Shown: positions 28,816 to 38,603 of the stretch, piece after piece
Numbering within the stretch: the first letter of the stretch is position 1
How the letters are laid out: each line of letters begins with the position of its first letter
From: Pseudomonadales bacterium
GTDB taxonomy: Bacteria; Patescibacteriota; Microgenomatia; UBA1400; PJMF01
Direction of reading: 5' to 3'
DNA: 64,000 nucleotides
Assembly (NCBI GenBank): GCA_020632235.1
Contig: JACKFY010000001.1
Location: forward strand, 29,602-93,601
Made by a program: the position numbers and the translations under genes
Notes under the pieces: model-generated
What the model saw: the letters and a program-made list of their open reading frames with translations, nothing else
The model's database searches: none
What the model was told of the DNA's origin: nothing

Positions 28816-28844
28816 GGTGCCAAGATCAAATAGCAAAACACCCC

Positions 28845-28880
28845 ATCCGTCAGCTGACGGATGCCCCTCTTGCAAAGAGG
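28845..28880. repeat. paired palindromes ccgtcagctgacgg + cccctcttgcaaagagggg
   Basis: The same two palindromes recur at 39710-39749 in the opposite order. Confidence 0.75.
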
Positions 28881-28946
28881 GGAGGAGAAAAGATACTAGT
28901 CGACGGGAAAAAAACGATTCTACTTGAAAAGCCTGGTGAGTACCAC

Positions 28947-29369
28947 GTGTCTCTGGTTCATCCAAACTCAGAAGTAACTATTTTAGGCGCATTTCATACA
29001 AAAAAATCAGAGTCACTCTCTGTTGACCTGACTATCCATCACAAAGCACCTCGCACTAAGGCAAATACTGTCTTAAAAGGAGTGGCAGAAGATACATCTT
29101 CTATTCGTTTTTTTGGCAAGATCATTATTGATCCAGAGTGTGGACAGAGCAACTCATTTTTGACCGAGCGCATACTGCTTCTCTCTGATAGCGCCAGGGC
29201 AGAGGCTATTCCAGAGCTTGAGATCTTGACGGATGATGTCAAGTGTTCGCACGCAGCGAGTGTTACGAGTATCCCTGAAGAACATGTGTTTTACCTCATG
29301 AGTCGGGGCTTGAGCAAGCACCAAGCAGAGCGACTGGTGGTGGACGGTTTTCTTGAGCTTGGTGAGTAA
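28947..29369 (+). pseudogene. sufD: sufD C-terminal fragment (5' truncated)
   Basis: ...LLLSDSARAEAIPELEILTDDVKCSHAASVTSIPEEHVFYLMSRGL is the SufB/D C-terminal signature. Only about 150 aa remain, and an upstream in-frame beta-helix-like stretch lacks a start. Confidence 0.5.
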
Positions 29370-29400
29370 CTCCCTTCTTGATGTTACAATTGGCTTCGTT

Positions 29401-30648
29401 ATGTTACCTCCCGCAGTACGTTTTGACTTTCCCATTCTTTCCCAAGAGATACACGGTAGGCCTGTAGCCTACCTTGATAACGCAGCCACCACACAAAAAC
29501 CACAGGTGGTGCTCGATGCTATCACCCAGTACTACACCACCAGCAATGCTAACGTTCATAGGGGCATCCATGCCTTGGCAGATAGAGCCACAACAGCCTG
29601 GGAGGATAGCCGGTCGGTTATAGCAGCATTTTTTGCTGCTCGTCCAGATGAGCTCGTTATAACCCGCAACACGACAGAGGCAGTCAACGGCGTGCGCTAC
29701 GGATTTCTTGATCATACTTTGGAAAAAGGAGATGTGGTGGTGTGCTCAGTGCTTGATCATCACGCCACACTTGTTACTCTGCAGCAGGCTGTGCAAGCAG
29801 CTGGGGCAGAGCTCGTGCATCTTGACGTCGATGCAGATACATTCCAAGTAGATCTTGCCCAACTTGAAGGCGTGCTCCAAACCTACACAGAGCGTGTCAA
29901 GTGTATCTCCCTGACTCATACCTCCAATGTCCTTGGTAGTATGCTTGATCTGACTAGACTAGACCACATTATCTCGGCAATATATGCGCCAGCAGATAGA
30001 CCAAAGGTGTTACTTGATGCCGCCCAGTCTGCCCCGCACATGCGGCTTGATTTCTCTCACTTGCCCGTTGATTTTCTCGCCTTTAGTGGCCACAAGATGT
30101 ACGGCCCGATGGGCAGTGGTGGATTACTAGTAAAGCAAGAGCTCTCTGACTCCGATCAAATGCGACCGTGGCTGTTTGGTGGGGGGATGATTGCGTCTGT
30201 CTCACCGGAAAAAACAGAGTTTTCACCAGATGCAGCAGAGCGTTTCACCGCCGGCACACCAGATGTTGCCTCGGCTGTGGGGCTGGCAAGTGCGTGCCAG
30301 TATCTTGGCCACCTCGGCTTGGACCAGGTTGCAGACCACCTCTCAGAGCTCGTCAGCTACACGGTTGATCGTCTTACTCAAATACCTCGAGTACAGGTTA
30401 TTAGCGACCCCCACAGCGCGAGCTTGGTATCATTTCTCTATGATGGGGTGCATGCTCATGATGTAGCACAAATCCTCGACTCTCAGGGGGTAGCGGTGCG
30501 CTCTGGACATCACTGCTGCATGCCGCTCCATACCCAGTTTGGGTGGCAGGCGAGTGTGCGTGTCAGCTTTGCTGTCTACAACACAAAAGAAGATGTTGAT
30601 CAGTTTGTGGCCGGTTTGGAGAAGATAACCCAAGTATTTGGAGCGTAA
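29401..30648 (+). CDS. sufS: cysteine desulfurase SufS
   Basis: PLP-lysine SGHKMYGP and catalytic RSGHHCCMPL. The start is probably MLPPAVRFDFP. Confidence 0.88.
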   Translation: MLPPAVRFDFPILSQEIHGRPVAYLDNAATTQKPQVVLDAITQYYTTSNANVHRGIHALADRATTAWEDSRSVIAAFFAARPDELVITRNTTEAVNGVRYGFLDHTLEKGDVVVCSVLDHHATLVTLQQAVQAAGAELVHLDVDADTFQVDLAQLEGVLQTYTERVKCISLTHTSNVLGSMLDLTRLDHIISAIYAPADRPKVLLDAAQSAPHMRLDFSHLPVDFLAFSGHKMYGPMGSGGLLVKQELSDSDQMRPWLFGGGMIASVSPEKTEFSPDAAERFTAGTPDVASAVGLASACQYLGHLGLDQVADHLSELVSYTVDRLTQIPRVQVISDPHSASLVSFLYDGVHAHDVAQILDSQGVAVRSGHHCCMPLHTQFGWQASVRVSFAVYNTKEDVDQFVAGLEKITQVFGA

Positions 30649-30651
30649 TGT

Positions 30652-31020
30652 ATGAGCGACCTCTACCAAGAAATACTACTATCAGAGCTCAAACACCCGC
30701 AAAATCACGGCGAATTACCTCATTTTACCCACTCATCTTCTGGTGCTAACGCCTCTTGTGGGGACCAGCTTTCCGTTCAGCTGCTGATTACTGATGCAGG
30801 CGTCATTGAAAACATAGCTTGGAGGGGTGCAGGCTGTGCCATTAGCCAGGCTACCATGAGCTTGCTCTCAGAGCACATCAAGGGCGCGACCACCTCCCAG
30901 GTTCAAGCACTGACTGATGAAACGCTTTCAGAGTTGACCGGCATTACCCAGATTGCCATTACCCGAAAAAAATGCTTGATGCTGGGCTTAGTAACACTGC
31001 GAGAAGCTTTGAAAATATGA
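30652..31020 (+). CDS. sufU: SufU/IscU-like sulfur acceptor
   Basis: The three conserved Cys contexts: ASCGDQL, GAGCAIS, RKKC. Confidence 0.85.
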   Translation: MSDLYQEILLSELKHPQNHGELPHFTHSSSGANASCGDQLSVQLLITDAGVIENIAWRGAGCAISQATMSLLSEHIKGATTSQVQALTDETLSELTGITQIAITRKKCLMLGLVTLREALKI

Positions 31021-31577
31021 CTATCTGCATTGGCTCTACCAATCCTGTCAAGGTGGCTGCAGTTAAGAACGCAGCAGCGCATGTGTTCGGGAAGTCCGTT
31101 TCGATTCAATCACGCTCGGTCGGGAGTGGTGTTTCAGAGCAACCCCGCAGTAGTGATGAAACCAAGCAAGGGGCAGAAAACCGCGCGCGAAGTGCTTTGT
31201 CTCAGGTGAGTAGTGGCTCAGAAGGTCTGAAAGACGAAGTCAAGCTCGGCATTGGTCTGGAAGGGGGCGTTGCGCTTGATAGCGCTGGAGTGCTGTGGTC
31301 ATTTGTTTGGGTACATGTGGTAGATGGACAGGGTTCTGCAATTTCTGTGAAAGGCTCTCAGTTTCCAGTGCCAGAACCATTTGCAGCCAAGATCATCGCA
31401 GGGGGTGAGATGGGTCCCGTGACCGACGAGGTGCTGGGCACCACCAACAACAAGCACAAAGAAGGGTTGGTGGGTGTCTTGAGCGGAGGGGCAACAGATA
31501 GGCAGACAGAGTTCCAACACCTGGTTGTGTTAGCTCTGGGACTGTGGAAAGAGCGCAATCTTCCTCTTTTCGAGTAG
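31017..31577 (+). CDS. inosine/xanthosine triphosphatase (YjjX/DUF84 family)
   Basis: ICIGSTNPVKVAAV...SGVSEQP matches the YjjX N-terminus. Its start overlaps the sufU stop (ATGA). Confidence 0.65.
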   Translation: MTICIGSTNPVKVAAVKNAAAHVFGKSVSIQSRSVGSGVSEQPRSSDETKQGAENRARSALSQVSSGSEGLKDEVKLGIGLEGGVALDSAGVLWSFVWVHVVDGQGSAISVKGSQFPVPEPFAAKIIAGGEMGPVTDEVLGTTNNKHKEGLVGVLSGGATDRQTEFQHLVVLALGLWKERNLPLFE

Positions 31578-31604
31578 TCAAAAATTAGGTACTATCACCT
31601 GGAT

Positions 31605-32312
31605 ATGCCGCCGCAACGCTTTATTGCCAAACTGGAAGACAAAACTATTCAGAGCACAAAATTTACTCAATTTAAGTTTGAGTTAGTCGAGCCGTATCGT
31701 TTAGATTTTTTGGCTGGCCAGTATGTTTCATTCAAAGTTTCAGAGAGTGGCGATCGTCGCTCCTACTCTATCTGCAGCTCACCAGATATCAAACATGGTT
31801 TTGAGTTACTCGTTGAGATTTTGCCCGATGGCTTGGGCAGTCAGTATCTCAATACGTTGCCGTTTGGTAGTCAGGTAGAGATTCTCGCGCCGATGGGCAT
31901 GTTTACACTAGAAAAAGCACCAGTAGCAACAGAGTATATATTTGTGGCCACGGGCTCTGGTGTTGCCCCGTACTTTTCGATGCTCCAAGAGTTACTGCAG
32001 GTGCAACATGACACACGCCCCATCACGTTGTACTGGGGCTTGCGATACGGTGAAGAGATGTGTTGGCAGGATGAGTTTTCACTCTTGGCGGAGGCATTTG
32101 AAAACTTTACGTTTCATCCCGTGCTTTCTCGTCCAGGTGAAGGCTGGCCGCTTTGTAGTGGGAGAGTCACGGACTGTTTGAGCGTCCACCACATTTCAAC
32201 CGAAGCCGATTTTTTCTTGTGTGGAAATAAGACAATGATTGCCGATATGACCGAACTTTTGTCCCAGAAGGGGGTAGTAAAAACCCACATTCACACCGAG
32301 CAGTTTAACTAA
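31605..32312 (+). CDS. FAD/NAD(P)-binding oxidoreductase (ferredoxin-NADP reductase-like)
   Basis: RSYSICS (RxYS) FAD motif and ATGSGVAPY NAD(P) motif. Confidence 0.75.
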   Translation: MPPQRFIAKLEDKTIQSTKFTQFKFELVEPYRLDFLAGQYVSFKVSESGDRRSYSICSSPDIKHGFELLVEILPDGLGSQYLNTLPFGSQVEILAPMGMFTLEKAPVATEYIFVATGSGVAPYFSMLQELLQVQHDTRPITLYWGLRYGEEMCWQDEFSLLAEAFENFTFHPVLSRPGEGWPLCSGRVTDCLSVHHISTEADFFLCGNKTMIADMTELLSQKGVVKTHIHTEQFN

Positions 32313-32385
32313 ATGTGTGGGTATTTGATGTCTTTGTATCTACTTCTAGACAAGCTGTGCCCAGTCATGATACAGTTTTTCTACT

Positions 32386-32682
32386 ATGAAACAGAGCGAT
32401 AACTCCCCGATACTGGAAACCGATATACAAGACGACGTTGTGACGCAGACTCAACAGGTAGGACGATACAAAGTAGAGGTTATTCGTGACAAATGTATCT
32501 CAGCTGCCAGCTGTGTGGCGATTGCGCCTAATGTGTTTGAGCTGGATGAAGAAGAGATAGCCGTTGTCATTTCTCAAGATGGGGACGATGATGACACAAA
32601 GCTCTTGGCGGCCCAAAGTTGCCCGACAGCAGCTATAGTAGTAACCGATACAACAACAGGAGAACAAGTGTGGCCAAGATGA
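32386..32682 (+). CDS. small ferredoxin
   Basis: DKCISAASCVAIAP...SCPTAAI cysteine pattern of single-cluster ferredoxins. Confidence 0.7.
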   Translation: MKQSDNSPILETDIQDDVVTQTQQVGRYKVEVIRDKCISAASCVAIAPNVFELDEEEIAVVISQDGDDDDTKLLAAQSCPTAAIVVTDTTTGEQVWPR

Positions 32683-32727
32683 CATACTTGGCATGCGCAC
32701 AGATGTGATACACTTTAACGCACACCT

Positions 32728-33384
32728 ATGAAAAACGTCCCACTGTTACTAGCAACTATTATTGGCTCACTCATCTTGATTGTTGGTTTGGGATACGTGT
32801 TTTCTCGATCGCAGGCTCCCGGTATGGCGCAAGAGGCTGACCCTGCACTCGTGTTGGGGAGTACTACTCATCAGAAGGGGGCAGAAAATCCGGTAGTTAC
32901 CATTGTTGAGTTTAGTGATTTCCAGTGTCCAGCGTGCAAGGCAGCACAACCTGCTATTGCGCAAGTTCTTGCCCAGTATCCAGAAGAAATCCGTGTTGTG
33001 TATCGTCATTTTCCTCTCACCATGCATCAGTACGCGCCTTTGGCTGCTCGGGCCAGTGAGGTAGCGAGTGAGTACGGCATGTTTTGGGAGTTTCACGATC
33101 TGTTATTTGAAAATCAAACTACTTGGGAAGCAGCCGAGTCAGAAGACGCAGTAAAAGAGTTGTTTAGCCAGTACGCAGACACTCTAGAGATTGACAAAAC
33201 CGAGTTTCTATCGAAAATAGATGACAAGAGCTATAGCGTGCAGGTAGAGGCCGACCTCGCGGATGGATACAGCCTGGGCGTAAACTCTACCCCAACACTG
33301 TACGTAAACAACACACAGACCACTGCCCTTGGTTTGCAAGCAGCTGTAGAAGAGGCAGTTGCAGCAAGCCAGCAACCAATGTAG
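32728..33384 (+). CDS. membrane-anchored DsbA-like thiol:disulfide oxidoreductase
   Basis: N-terminal TM and FQCPAC active site (CxxC in a thioredoxin fold). Confidence 0.75.
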   Translation: MKNVPLLLATIIGSLILIVGLGYVFSRSQAPGMAQEADPALVLGSTTHQKGAENPVVTIVEFSDFQCPACKAAQPAIAQVLAQYPEEIRVVYRHFPLTMHQYAPLAARASEVASEYGMFWEFHDLLFENQTTWEAAESEDAVKELFSQYADTLEIDKTEFLSKIDDKSYSVQVEADLADGYSLGVNSTPTLYVNNTQTTALGLQAAVEEAVAASQQPM

Positions 33385-33404
33385 TACAAATACGAAAGGG
33401 CACT

Positions 33405-34010
33405 ATGAAACAATCTTCTTCATCTTGGGTACTTCCAGCGATAGCGTTGGTTATAATCGGGTTTTTACTGTTGCGCTGGTACAACATGCGTACAGAAACA
33501 GTTGCCGAGCCCATCAACTTTGCTGAAGGTGTGCAGATAGAAAACTTGAGTCAAGACGAGCTTGACTCGGTAGCGCAGGGCGCTGATGATGTTGAGACAG
33601 CACCACTCACTACTCCACAGATGGCTGAAGGCCAAACAGACGAAGAATCTTCCCAAGAAGGCAACATGGATGAGGCAGCAGTGATGAGTGGTGGGGTGAT
33701 CCGCTACAACGTTGAGGGTGATAAAGTGCTCTTCAATGTCTTTGCGCAGGCCCCGGAAATGACCGAGGGTATGTATCAAGTGTGGCTGCGTGAAGTAGAG
33801 GGAGAAGGGCTCAAGAAAGCATTCACCCTTGAAATGGGCAAAGGAGGGTGGTCGGGCAGTGCTGCAGCACCAACCAGCTCTCTTCCGTTTGAGATTGTTG
33901 TCTCCAAAGAGATGACAGACGATGACGCGCTTGAAACCGTACTACTTGAGGGAACAATAGAGAAACCAGCTGAGATGGCATCGCCAGAGGCGACCCCATC
34001 AGCAGAGTAA
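33405..34010 (+). CDS. hypothetical membrane-anchored acidic protein
   Basis: N-terminal TM, then an acidic low-complexity region. Confidence 0.45.
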   Translation: MKQSSSSWVLPAIALVIIGFLLLRWYNMRTETVAEPINFAEGVQIENLSQDELDSVAQGADDVETAPLTTPQMAEGQTDEESSQEGNMDEAAVMSGGVIRYNVEGDKVLFNVFAQAPEMTEGMYQVWLREVEGEGLKKAFTLEMGKGGWSGSAAAPTSSLPFEIVVSKEMTDDDALETVLLEGTIEKPAEMASPEATPSAE

Positions 34011-34103
34011 AGTATCTACTTGAAGTAGACGCCGAGTATGGTATCCTTAAAGGAAGGAGCCACCACAACGGCACCAGTATAAACGTAAAAAAAAGGAGCT
34101 TGT

Positions 34104-34316
34104 ATGGCAGCAGTTGCTTACAAATACACCAACTCAAAAGGTCAGGACTACTACCTGCACCACAAAAAAGTAACACTTAAGAACGGTAGAGTGCAGACCA
34201 TCTACTTTTTTGCTCGCGATATTCGTCCAGACAGTGCTCTGGCTGAGGTCCCTGCTGGCAAAATGGTGATGGAAACCAAACGCACCGCAATGCCTGTTCT
34301 CAAGAACGCAGCGTAA
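34104..34316 (+). CDS. small basic hypothetical protein
   Basis: 70-aa ORF followed immediately by a terminator hairpin. Confidence 0.4.
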   Translation: MAAVAYKYTNSKGQDYYLHHKKVTLKNGRVQTIYFFARDIRPDSALAEVPAGKMVMETKRTAMPVLKNAA

Positions 34317-34326
34317 TTAAAGCATT

Positions 34327-34386
34327 CCCCCCTCACCATTGCTTTCTGATCCAGTCGGTCAGACCACAAGGTGAGGGGGGTTTTTG
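34327..34386 (+). terminator. rho-independent terminator (same motif family as 22509-22565)
   Basis: cccccctcacc...ctgatccagtcggtcagacc...ggtgagggggg + ttttt. The inner stem shows compensatory changes relative to the copy at 22.5 kb. Confidence 0.6.
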
Positions 34387-34389
34387 TAG

Positions 34390-34740
34390 TTGCTCATGAC
34401 TCATACTTCATCACCCACCATACAAGCCGTCTATGACAGACTAGCAACAGTTATTGATCCAGAACTAGGCATAGATATTGTTAGTTTAGGGTTAATTTAT
34501 GATGTTTCGGTATCACAAGTGCAAACAGAGAATGGTGGTGAGCCGCGCGTGCATATCCTGATGACACTCACGACGCCAGGTTGCCCGTTGGCGGGCGTGT
34601 TTGACAGTATGGTGAAGGACGCTCTTCACGGCTTATGCGATTTGCCACCAGATGAGTTTGCCACAGTAGAGCTGACATTTGACCCGCCATGGGTGCCGGA
34701 TATGATGAGCGAGGAGGCGCGGGCGGAGCTGGAGCTTTAA
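34390..34740 (+). CDS. sufT: Fe-S assembly protein SufT / DUF59 (MIP18 family)
   Basis: DPELGIDIVSLGLIY...MTLTTPGCP...FDPPW DUF59 signature. Confidence 0.75.
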   Translation: MLMTHTSSPTIQAVYDRLATVIDPELGIDIVSLGLIYDVSVSQVQTENGGEPRVHILMTLTTPGCPLAGVFDSMVKDALHGLCDLPPDEFATVELTFDPPWVPDMMSEEARAELEL

Positions 34741-34772
34741 AAGCTTTCTAGTTACTGGATGCTAGCTTCTAT

Positions 34773-34817
34773 CCCCTCTTTTCAAGAGGGGCATCCCTCA
34801 CCATAGAATGGTGAGGG
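34773..34817. repeat. palindromes cccctcttttcaagagggg + ccctcaccatagaatggtgaggg
   Basis: Same family as the copies at 28.4, 28.9 and 39.7 kb. The upstream 25 bp (ctggatgctagcttctat) also match the 39.69 kb copy. Confidence 0.75.
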
Positions 34818-34942
34818 GAGGGGTGTTTAGCACTTCCCTTTTTAAGAGACCAATTTGCAGTGCATATGCTAGAATCTGAATGGAGATTTAATCATCGAGC
34901 TACGCTCGCTGATGACTTGAAAAAGTTGCTCCGTTTACAGAG

Positions 34943-35323
34943 TTAACTGGGCAAGACCTTTGCATTTTTTTGAGAGAAGACCACGACGCCACTCAATGCA
35001 CTTGTTGTTTCTCCTTTAGTATATGTTTGCGTCTCTTCATCAAATCCATGGCTATTAATGTACATTACTAATAGACGCAGCATCTTTCCATTCAAAGTAA
35101 TACGACCTCCATTTTCTGAATTTGTAGTAAATAATACTTCAACATCACCACCGCTTTTTCCTTCAAAAAGTTCTCTAATTTTTTGAGCCACCGGTAAGTG
35201 CTCACTTCCATACTGATAGATTGCGGTATCAGGAGATTGTCCATAACTGAGCGAAAAGTCAATTTGTGAGGCTATATATCTTCCGGCATTAGCACCTAGC
35301 TCAATCTGATAAACATCTGACAT
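34943..35323 (-). CDS. hypothetical protein
   Basis: 126-aa ORF, divergent from rpiB. Confidence 0.45.
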   Translation of the reverse strand: MSDVYQIELGANAGRYIASQIDFSLSYGQSPDTAIYQYGSEHLPVAQKIRELFEGKSGGDVEVLFTTNSENGGRITLNGKMLRLLVMYINSHGFDEETQTYTKGETTSALSGVVVFSQKNAKVLPS

Positions 35324-35360
35324 TATATACCTTTCTATGCGTTTATAGTAGTTTCATTAT

Positions 35361-35384
35361 CTTCTTCTTCTTCTTCTTCTTCTT
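35361..35384. repeat. (CTT)8 trinucleotide microsatellite in the divergent promoter region
   Basis: Eight perfect CTT units between the starts of the 34943-35323 (-) gene and rpiB (+). Confidence 0.9.
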
Positions 35385-35412
35385 TGTCAAGTTTGATATA
35401 GTTACCGGTACT

Positions 35413-35874
35413 ATGAGTAAACAAACCATCTACCTAGGGGCAGACCATCGCGGCTTTGCCCTCAAAGAGCTTATTTCCGAGTGGCTCTCGGCTGAAGGCT
35501 ACCATGTAGTAGACAAAGGCAATACCCAGCATGACCCGGAAGATGACTTTCCGGTGTTTTCGTTTGCTGTGGCCCACGCAGTCGCAGATAACCCCGACTC
35601 GTTTGGCATTGTAGTGTGTGGTTCTGGGGTGGGGGTGAACATTGCCGCTAATAAAGTACCTGGCATTCGGGCCTCGACGGCGGTTAACCCAGAGGAAGTA
35701 GAACACGCGCGGTTTCATGACGACCTGAATGTGCTCGCACTCTCGGCTGACTACATGTCACTAGAGTACTCAAAGATCTGCATCGAGGTGTTTTTGCAAA
35801 CACCGTTTTCTGGGAAAGAAAAGTACCAGCGCCGGATTGATATGATTACCAAGTACGAGCAAGAGAGGGCTTGA
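35413..35874 (+). CDS. rpiB: ribose-5-phosphate isomerase B
   Basis: GADHRGF...VVCGSGVGVNIAANK are RpiB/LacAB motifs. Confidence 0.88.
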   Translation: MSKQTIYLGADHRGFALKELISEWLSAEGYHVVDKGNTQHDPEDDFPVFSFAVAHAVADNPDSFGIVVCGSGVGVNIAANKVPGIRASTAVNPEEVEHARFHDDLNVLALSADYMSLEYSKICIEVFLQTPFSGKEKYQRRIDMITKYEQERA

Positions 35875-35877
35875 GGC

Positions 35878-36543
35878 ATGCAGATACTTCCTACTATTCT
35901 GACTGATTCAGTTGGCATACTGAGCGAACAACTCTCTTGCGTCGCAGAGTCTGAAGCAATAGAAGTAGTCCAGATTGATATCATTGATGGCCAGTTGGTG
36001 GACAACTTGACGGTTACACCCAGTGATGTAGTGGACGGAGATACGTTTGGTTTGCAGCTTGATTTTCACCTGATGACCGACGAGCCGCTTGACTACGTGC
36101 ACGAGCTGACAGAACACAAGCATTACTTGCCTGTCCGCAACGTGATAGGCCAGGTAGAGCACATGAGCGACCAGTCTATTTTTGTCCAGGAAGTAAAAAA
36201 GCATGGCTGGCAGGCGGGGCTCTCGCTCGACTACCATACACCGATTGACTCGATAGACCGTGAAGTTTGGGCGGAGCTTGATTGTGTGCAGTTGATGAGT
36301 GTAGAGATGGGGTTTCAGGGTGCTGTGTTCCAAGATGGAGTGTTTGACAAGCTTGTTTTACTCAACCAAGAGCTCCAGTTACGCGAGCTCACGCTTCCCA
36401 TTTTTCTTGATGGCGGAGTGAGCCTTGATCTTATTTCCCCACTGAAAGCTGCGAGGGTGGCAGGGGTGGGGGTGGGGAGTGGGATTTGGCGCTCAGATGA
36501 CCCTGTCAAAACAATGAGAGAGCTTGCTCGTCAAGCGGACTAA
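35878..36543 (+). CDS. ribulose-phosphate 3-epimerase-like TIM-barrel protein
   Basis: ILPTILTDS...DIIDGQLVDNLT...DFHLM resembles the Rpe N-terminal motifs. Divergent. Confidence 0.55.
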   Translation: MQILPTILTDSVGILSEQLSCVAESEAIEVVQIDIIDGQLVDNLTVTPSDVVDGDTFGLQLDFHLMTDEPLDYVHELTEHKHYLPVRNVIGQVEHMSDQSIFVQEVKKHGWQAGLSLDYHTPIDSIDREVWAELDCVQLMSVEMGFQGAVFQDGVFDKLVLLNQELQLRELTLPIFLDGGVSLDLISPLKAARVAGVGVGSGIWRSDDPVKTMRELARQAD

Positions 36544-36600
36544 TGCTTCCTGCATCTTGTAGTCTGGCTTTGTCCTACTGTATAGTGAAGGTACTGCCCC

Positions 36601-37299
36601 ATGAAAACGACTATCTCTACTCCCAGGCAAAAACAGCTGTGTGCTATCAACAGCGTGGCTATTTTTGGTAGCGCAGATGTTGACGAGCGCCACCCGCTGT
36701 ATCGTGAGGCATTCAGTATCGCTCGGTTCTTAGCCTACCAAGGGAAGACAGTGGTAGATGGTGGAGGGCCAGGCACGATGGACGCAGCTACCAAAGGTGC
36801 GGAGTCTGCCGATGGTAACACCATTGCTGTTACCTTTTATCCTAAAGACATGCCAGAGTTTGAAGGGCGCTACTTTGAAAATAACGTTGATACAGAAATT
36901 AAAACAGCCAACTACATAGAGCGTATGTTTGGTTTAATGGATGTTTCTGATGCAGTTATCTGCATGCAAGGCGGCACAGGGACATTGAGTGAGTGGGCGA
37001 CAGCTTGGCTTTTAGCCCATCTGTACTACGGCAACCACAAGCCGCTTATTTTATACGGCTCATTTTGGCACGAAGTGATGAGCGTGATGAATACTCATTT
37101 TTTTATTGGTGAGAAGGAAAATACAGTCTATAGAATTGCAGACAATCTAGAAGAACTGCACGAGGCTCTGTGGTTATTTGAACAAGAGATAGCCCAGCGT
37201 TGCCAAACTACAGCCAAGCAAGGTGCAGCAGTTTCTCAAGTCTTGAAAAAACCATTTTCTCAAAGTCTAACAGCTGCTTTGAAAGGCGCGTATGTATGA
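36601..37299 (+). CDS. LOG-family protein (Rossmann-fold nucleotide-binding, TIGR00730-like)
   Basis: VDGGGPGTMDAATKGA and CMQGGTGTLSEW motifs. Confidence 0.75.
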   Translation: MKTTISTPRQKQLCAINSVAIFGSADVDERHPLYREAFSIARFLAYQGKTVVDGGGPGTMDAATKGAESADGNTIAVTFYPKDMPEFEGRYFENNVDTEIKTANYIERMFGLMDVSDAVICMQGGTGTLSEWATAWLLAHLYYGNHKPLILYGSFWHEVMSVMNTHFFIGEKENTVYRIADNLEELHEALWLFEQEIAQRCQTTAKQGAAVSQVLKKPFSQSLTAALKGAYV

Positions 37300-38197
37300 C
37301 GTAATCACCATTGGGTCATCATTGATTGATGTGTTTGTCCAGTCGTCTCATTTTACGGTTGTTCCTGACGGCACTCAAGAGTTTTTGTGCCAACTGTATG
37401 GTGACAAGATGGAGGTTGATTCGTTCCAGATGTGTACGGGTGGGGGTGGGAGTAACACCGCAGTAGCATTTGCCCGCAGTGGGTTTCACACTGGGGTGGT
37501 GACCGAGACAGGTAGAGACTCCTTAGCCGACATCATCGTGAAAGATTTTCATGATGAAGTGGTGGCGACTCGTTTTTTGGTAGGCGAGCGAAAAGAGCAA
37601 ACTGGTGGCTCGGTTATCTTGGTTGGTGCAGATGGGGGGAGAACGGTTTTGGTGCACCGAGGGGCAGCGTCCAGGCTTGATCCGCACGATATCCCTACTG
37701 ATGCGCTTAACAAAAGTATGTGGGTGCACTTATCGAGTATTTCTGGTAACGCAGACACGTTATACGAGATTTTCTCAGTCACCAAACAAACAACTGCATT
37801 TTCGTGGAACCCTGGCAAGGCAGAGCTGGCGCTGTTGGCAGGTGGGCAACTGTCTATTGAAGATACGGGGTGTCAGATTCTCTGTGTAAATGCACAGGAG
37901 TGGGAGCAGATTAAGAATGTGCAGACAGCAATTTTGGAGTTTGTGCCAGAAGTAATTGTGACCAATGGCAAGCATGGCGGCATGTTTTTTGTCGAGACAC
38001 ACCAGTACTCGTTTAGCACCAACGACACTCAGTCAATTGACGATACCGGTGCGGGCGACGCATTTATCAGTGGGTACGTGGCGGCTAGGCTATACGGCGA
38101 AGATGTGCGAGATGCCGTTGATGCAGGCCTGGACAATGCCGAGTCGGTGATTGGGTATGTAGGTGCCAAACACGGCTTGTTGACACGGTCTGTGTAA
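37292..38197 (+). CDS. PfkB-family carbohydrate kinase (ribokinase-like)
   Basis: C-terminal DDTGAGDAFISGYV anion-hole motif and N-terminal GG-containing lid. Confidence 0.8.
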   Translation: MYDVITIGSSLIDVFVQSSHFTVVPDGTQEFLCQLYGDKMEVDSFQMCTGGGGSNTAVAFARSGFHTGVVTETGRDSLADIIVKDFHDEVVATRFLVGERKEQTGGSVILVGADGGRTVLVHRGAASRLDPHDIPTDALNKSMWVHLSSISGNADTLYEIFSVTKQTTAFSWNPGKAELALLAGGQLSIEDTGCQILCVNAQEWEQIKNVQTAILEFVPEVIVTNGKHGGMFFVETHQYSFSTNDTQSIDDTGAGDAFISGYVAARLYGEDVRDAVDAGLDNAESVIGYVGAKHGLLTRSV

Positions 38198-38222
38198 CAC
38201 AGTATCCTAACAAAGGTTATTT

Positions 38223-38597
38223 ATGAAACGAGTTACATTTTTTACTCTTCACTTGGCAGTTTGTCTGAGCGTTGTCTCGCTTGGGGTTGTGCCGTTTGCT
38301 TCAGCCCAGAGCATTTCACCACTGCCTTCGGTTAGTCCTTCGCCGAGCGCTTCTCTCTCACCGAGTCCTTCGGTCAGCCCCACGCCAGCCGGCATTACTG
38401 GTTCGGCAAGTGCTACACCAACAGCAACTATGACAGCCACCACTACAAAAGGTGGGGTGACCTACCCTGAACAACTACCACAATCTGGCACAGGTGTTAT
38501 GACACTGTTGGTTGCTGGTTTTGGTTTGGCCTGCATGATAGCAGGTGGCTATGTGCTGTACGCGCTTCCAGAGGTACTCGAAGATGATGCGCGCTAA
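38223..38597 (+). CDS. secreted Ser/Pro-rich protein with LPQSG + TM C-terminus (sortase-substrate-like)
   Basis: Signal peptide, SPSPS repeats, then LPQSGTG followed by a hydrophobic helix and a short tail. Confidence 0.45.
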   Translation: MKRVTFFTLHLAVCLSVVSLGVVPFASAQSISPLPSVSPSPSASLSPSPSVSPTPAGITGSASATPTATMTATTTKGGVTYPEQLPQSGTGVMTLLVAGFGLACMIAGGYVLYALPEVLEDDAR

Positions 38598-38603
38598 AGC
38601 AGC

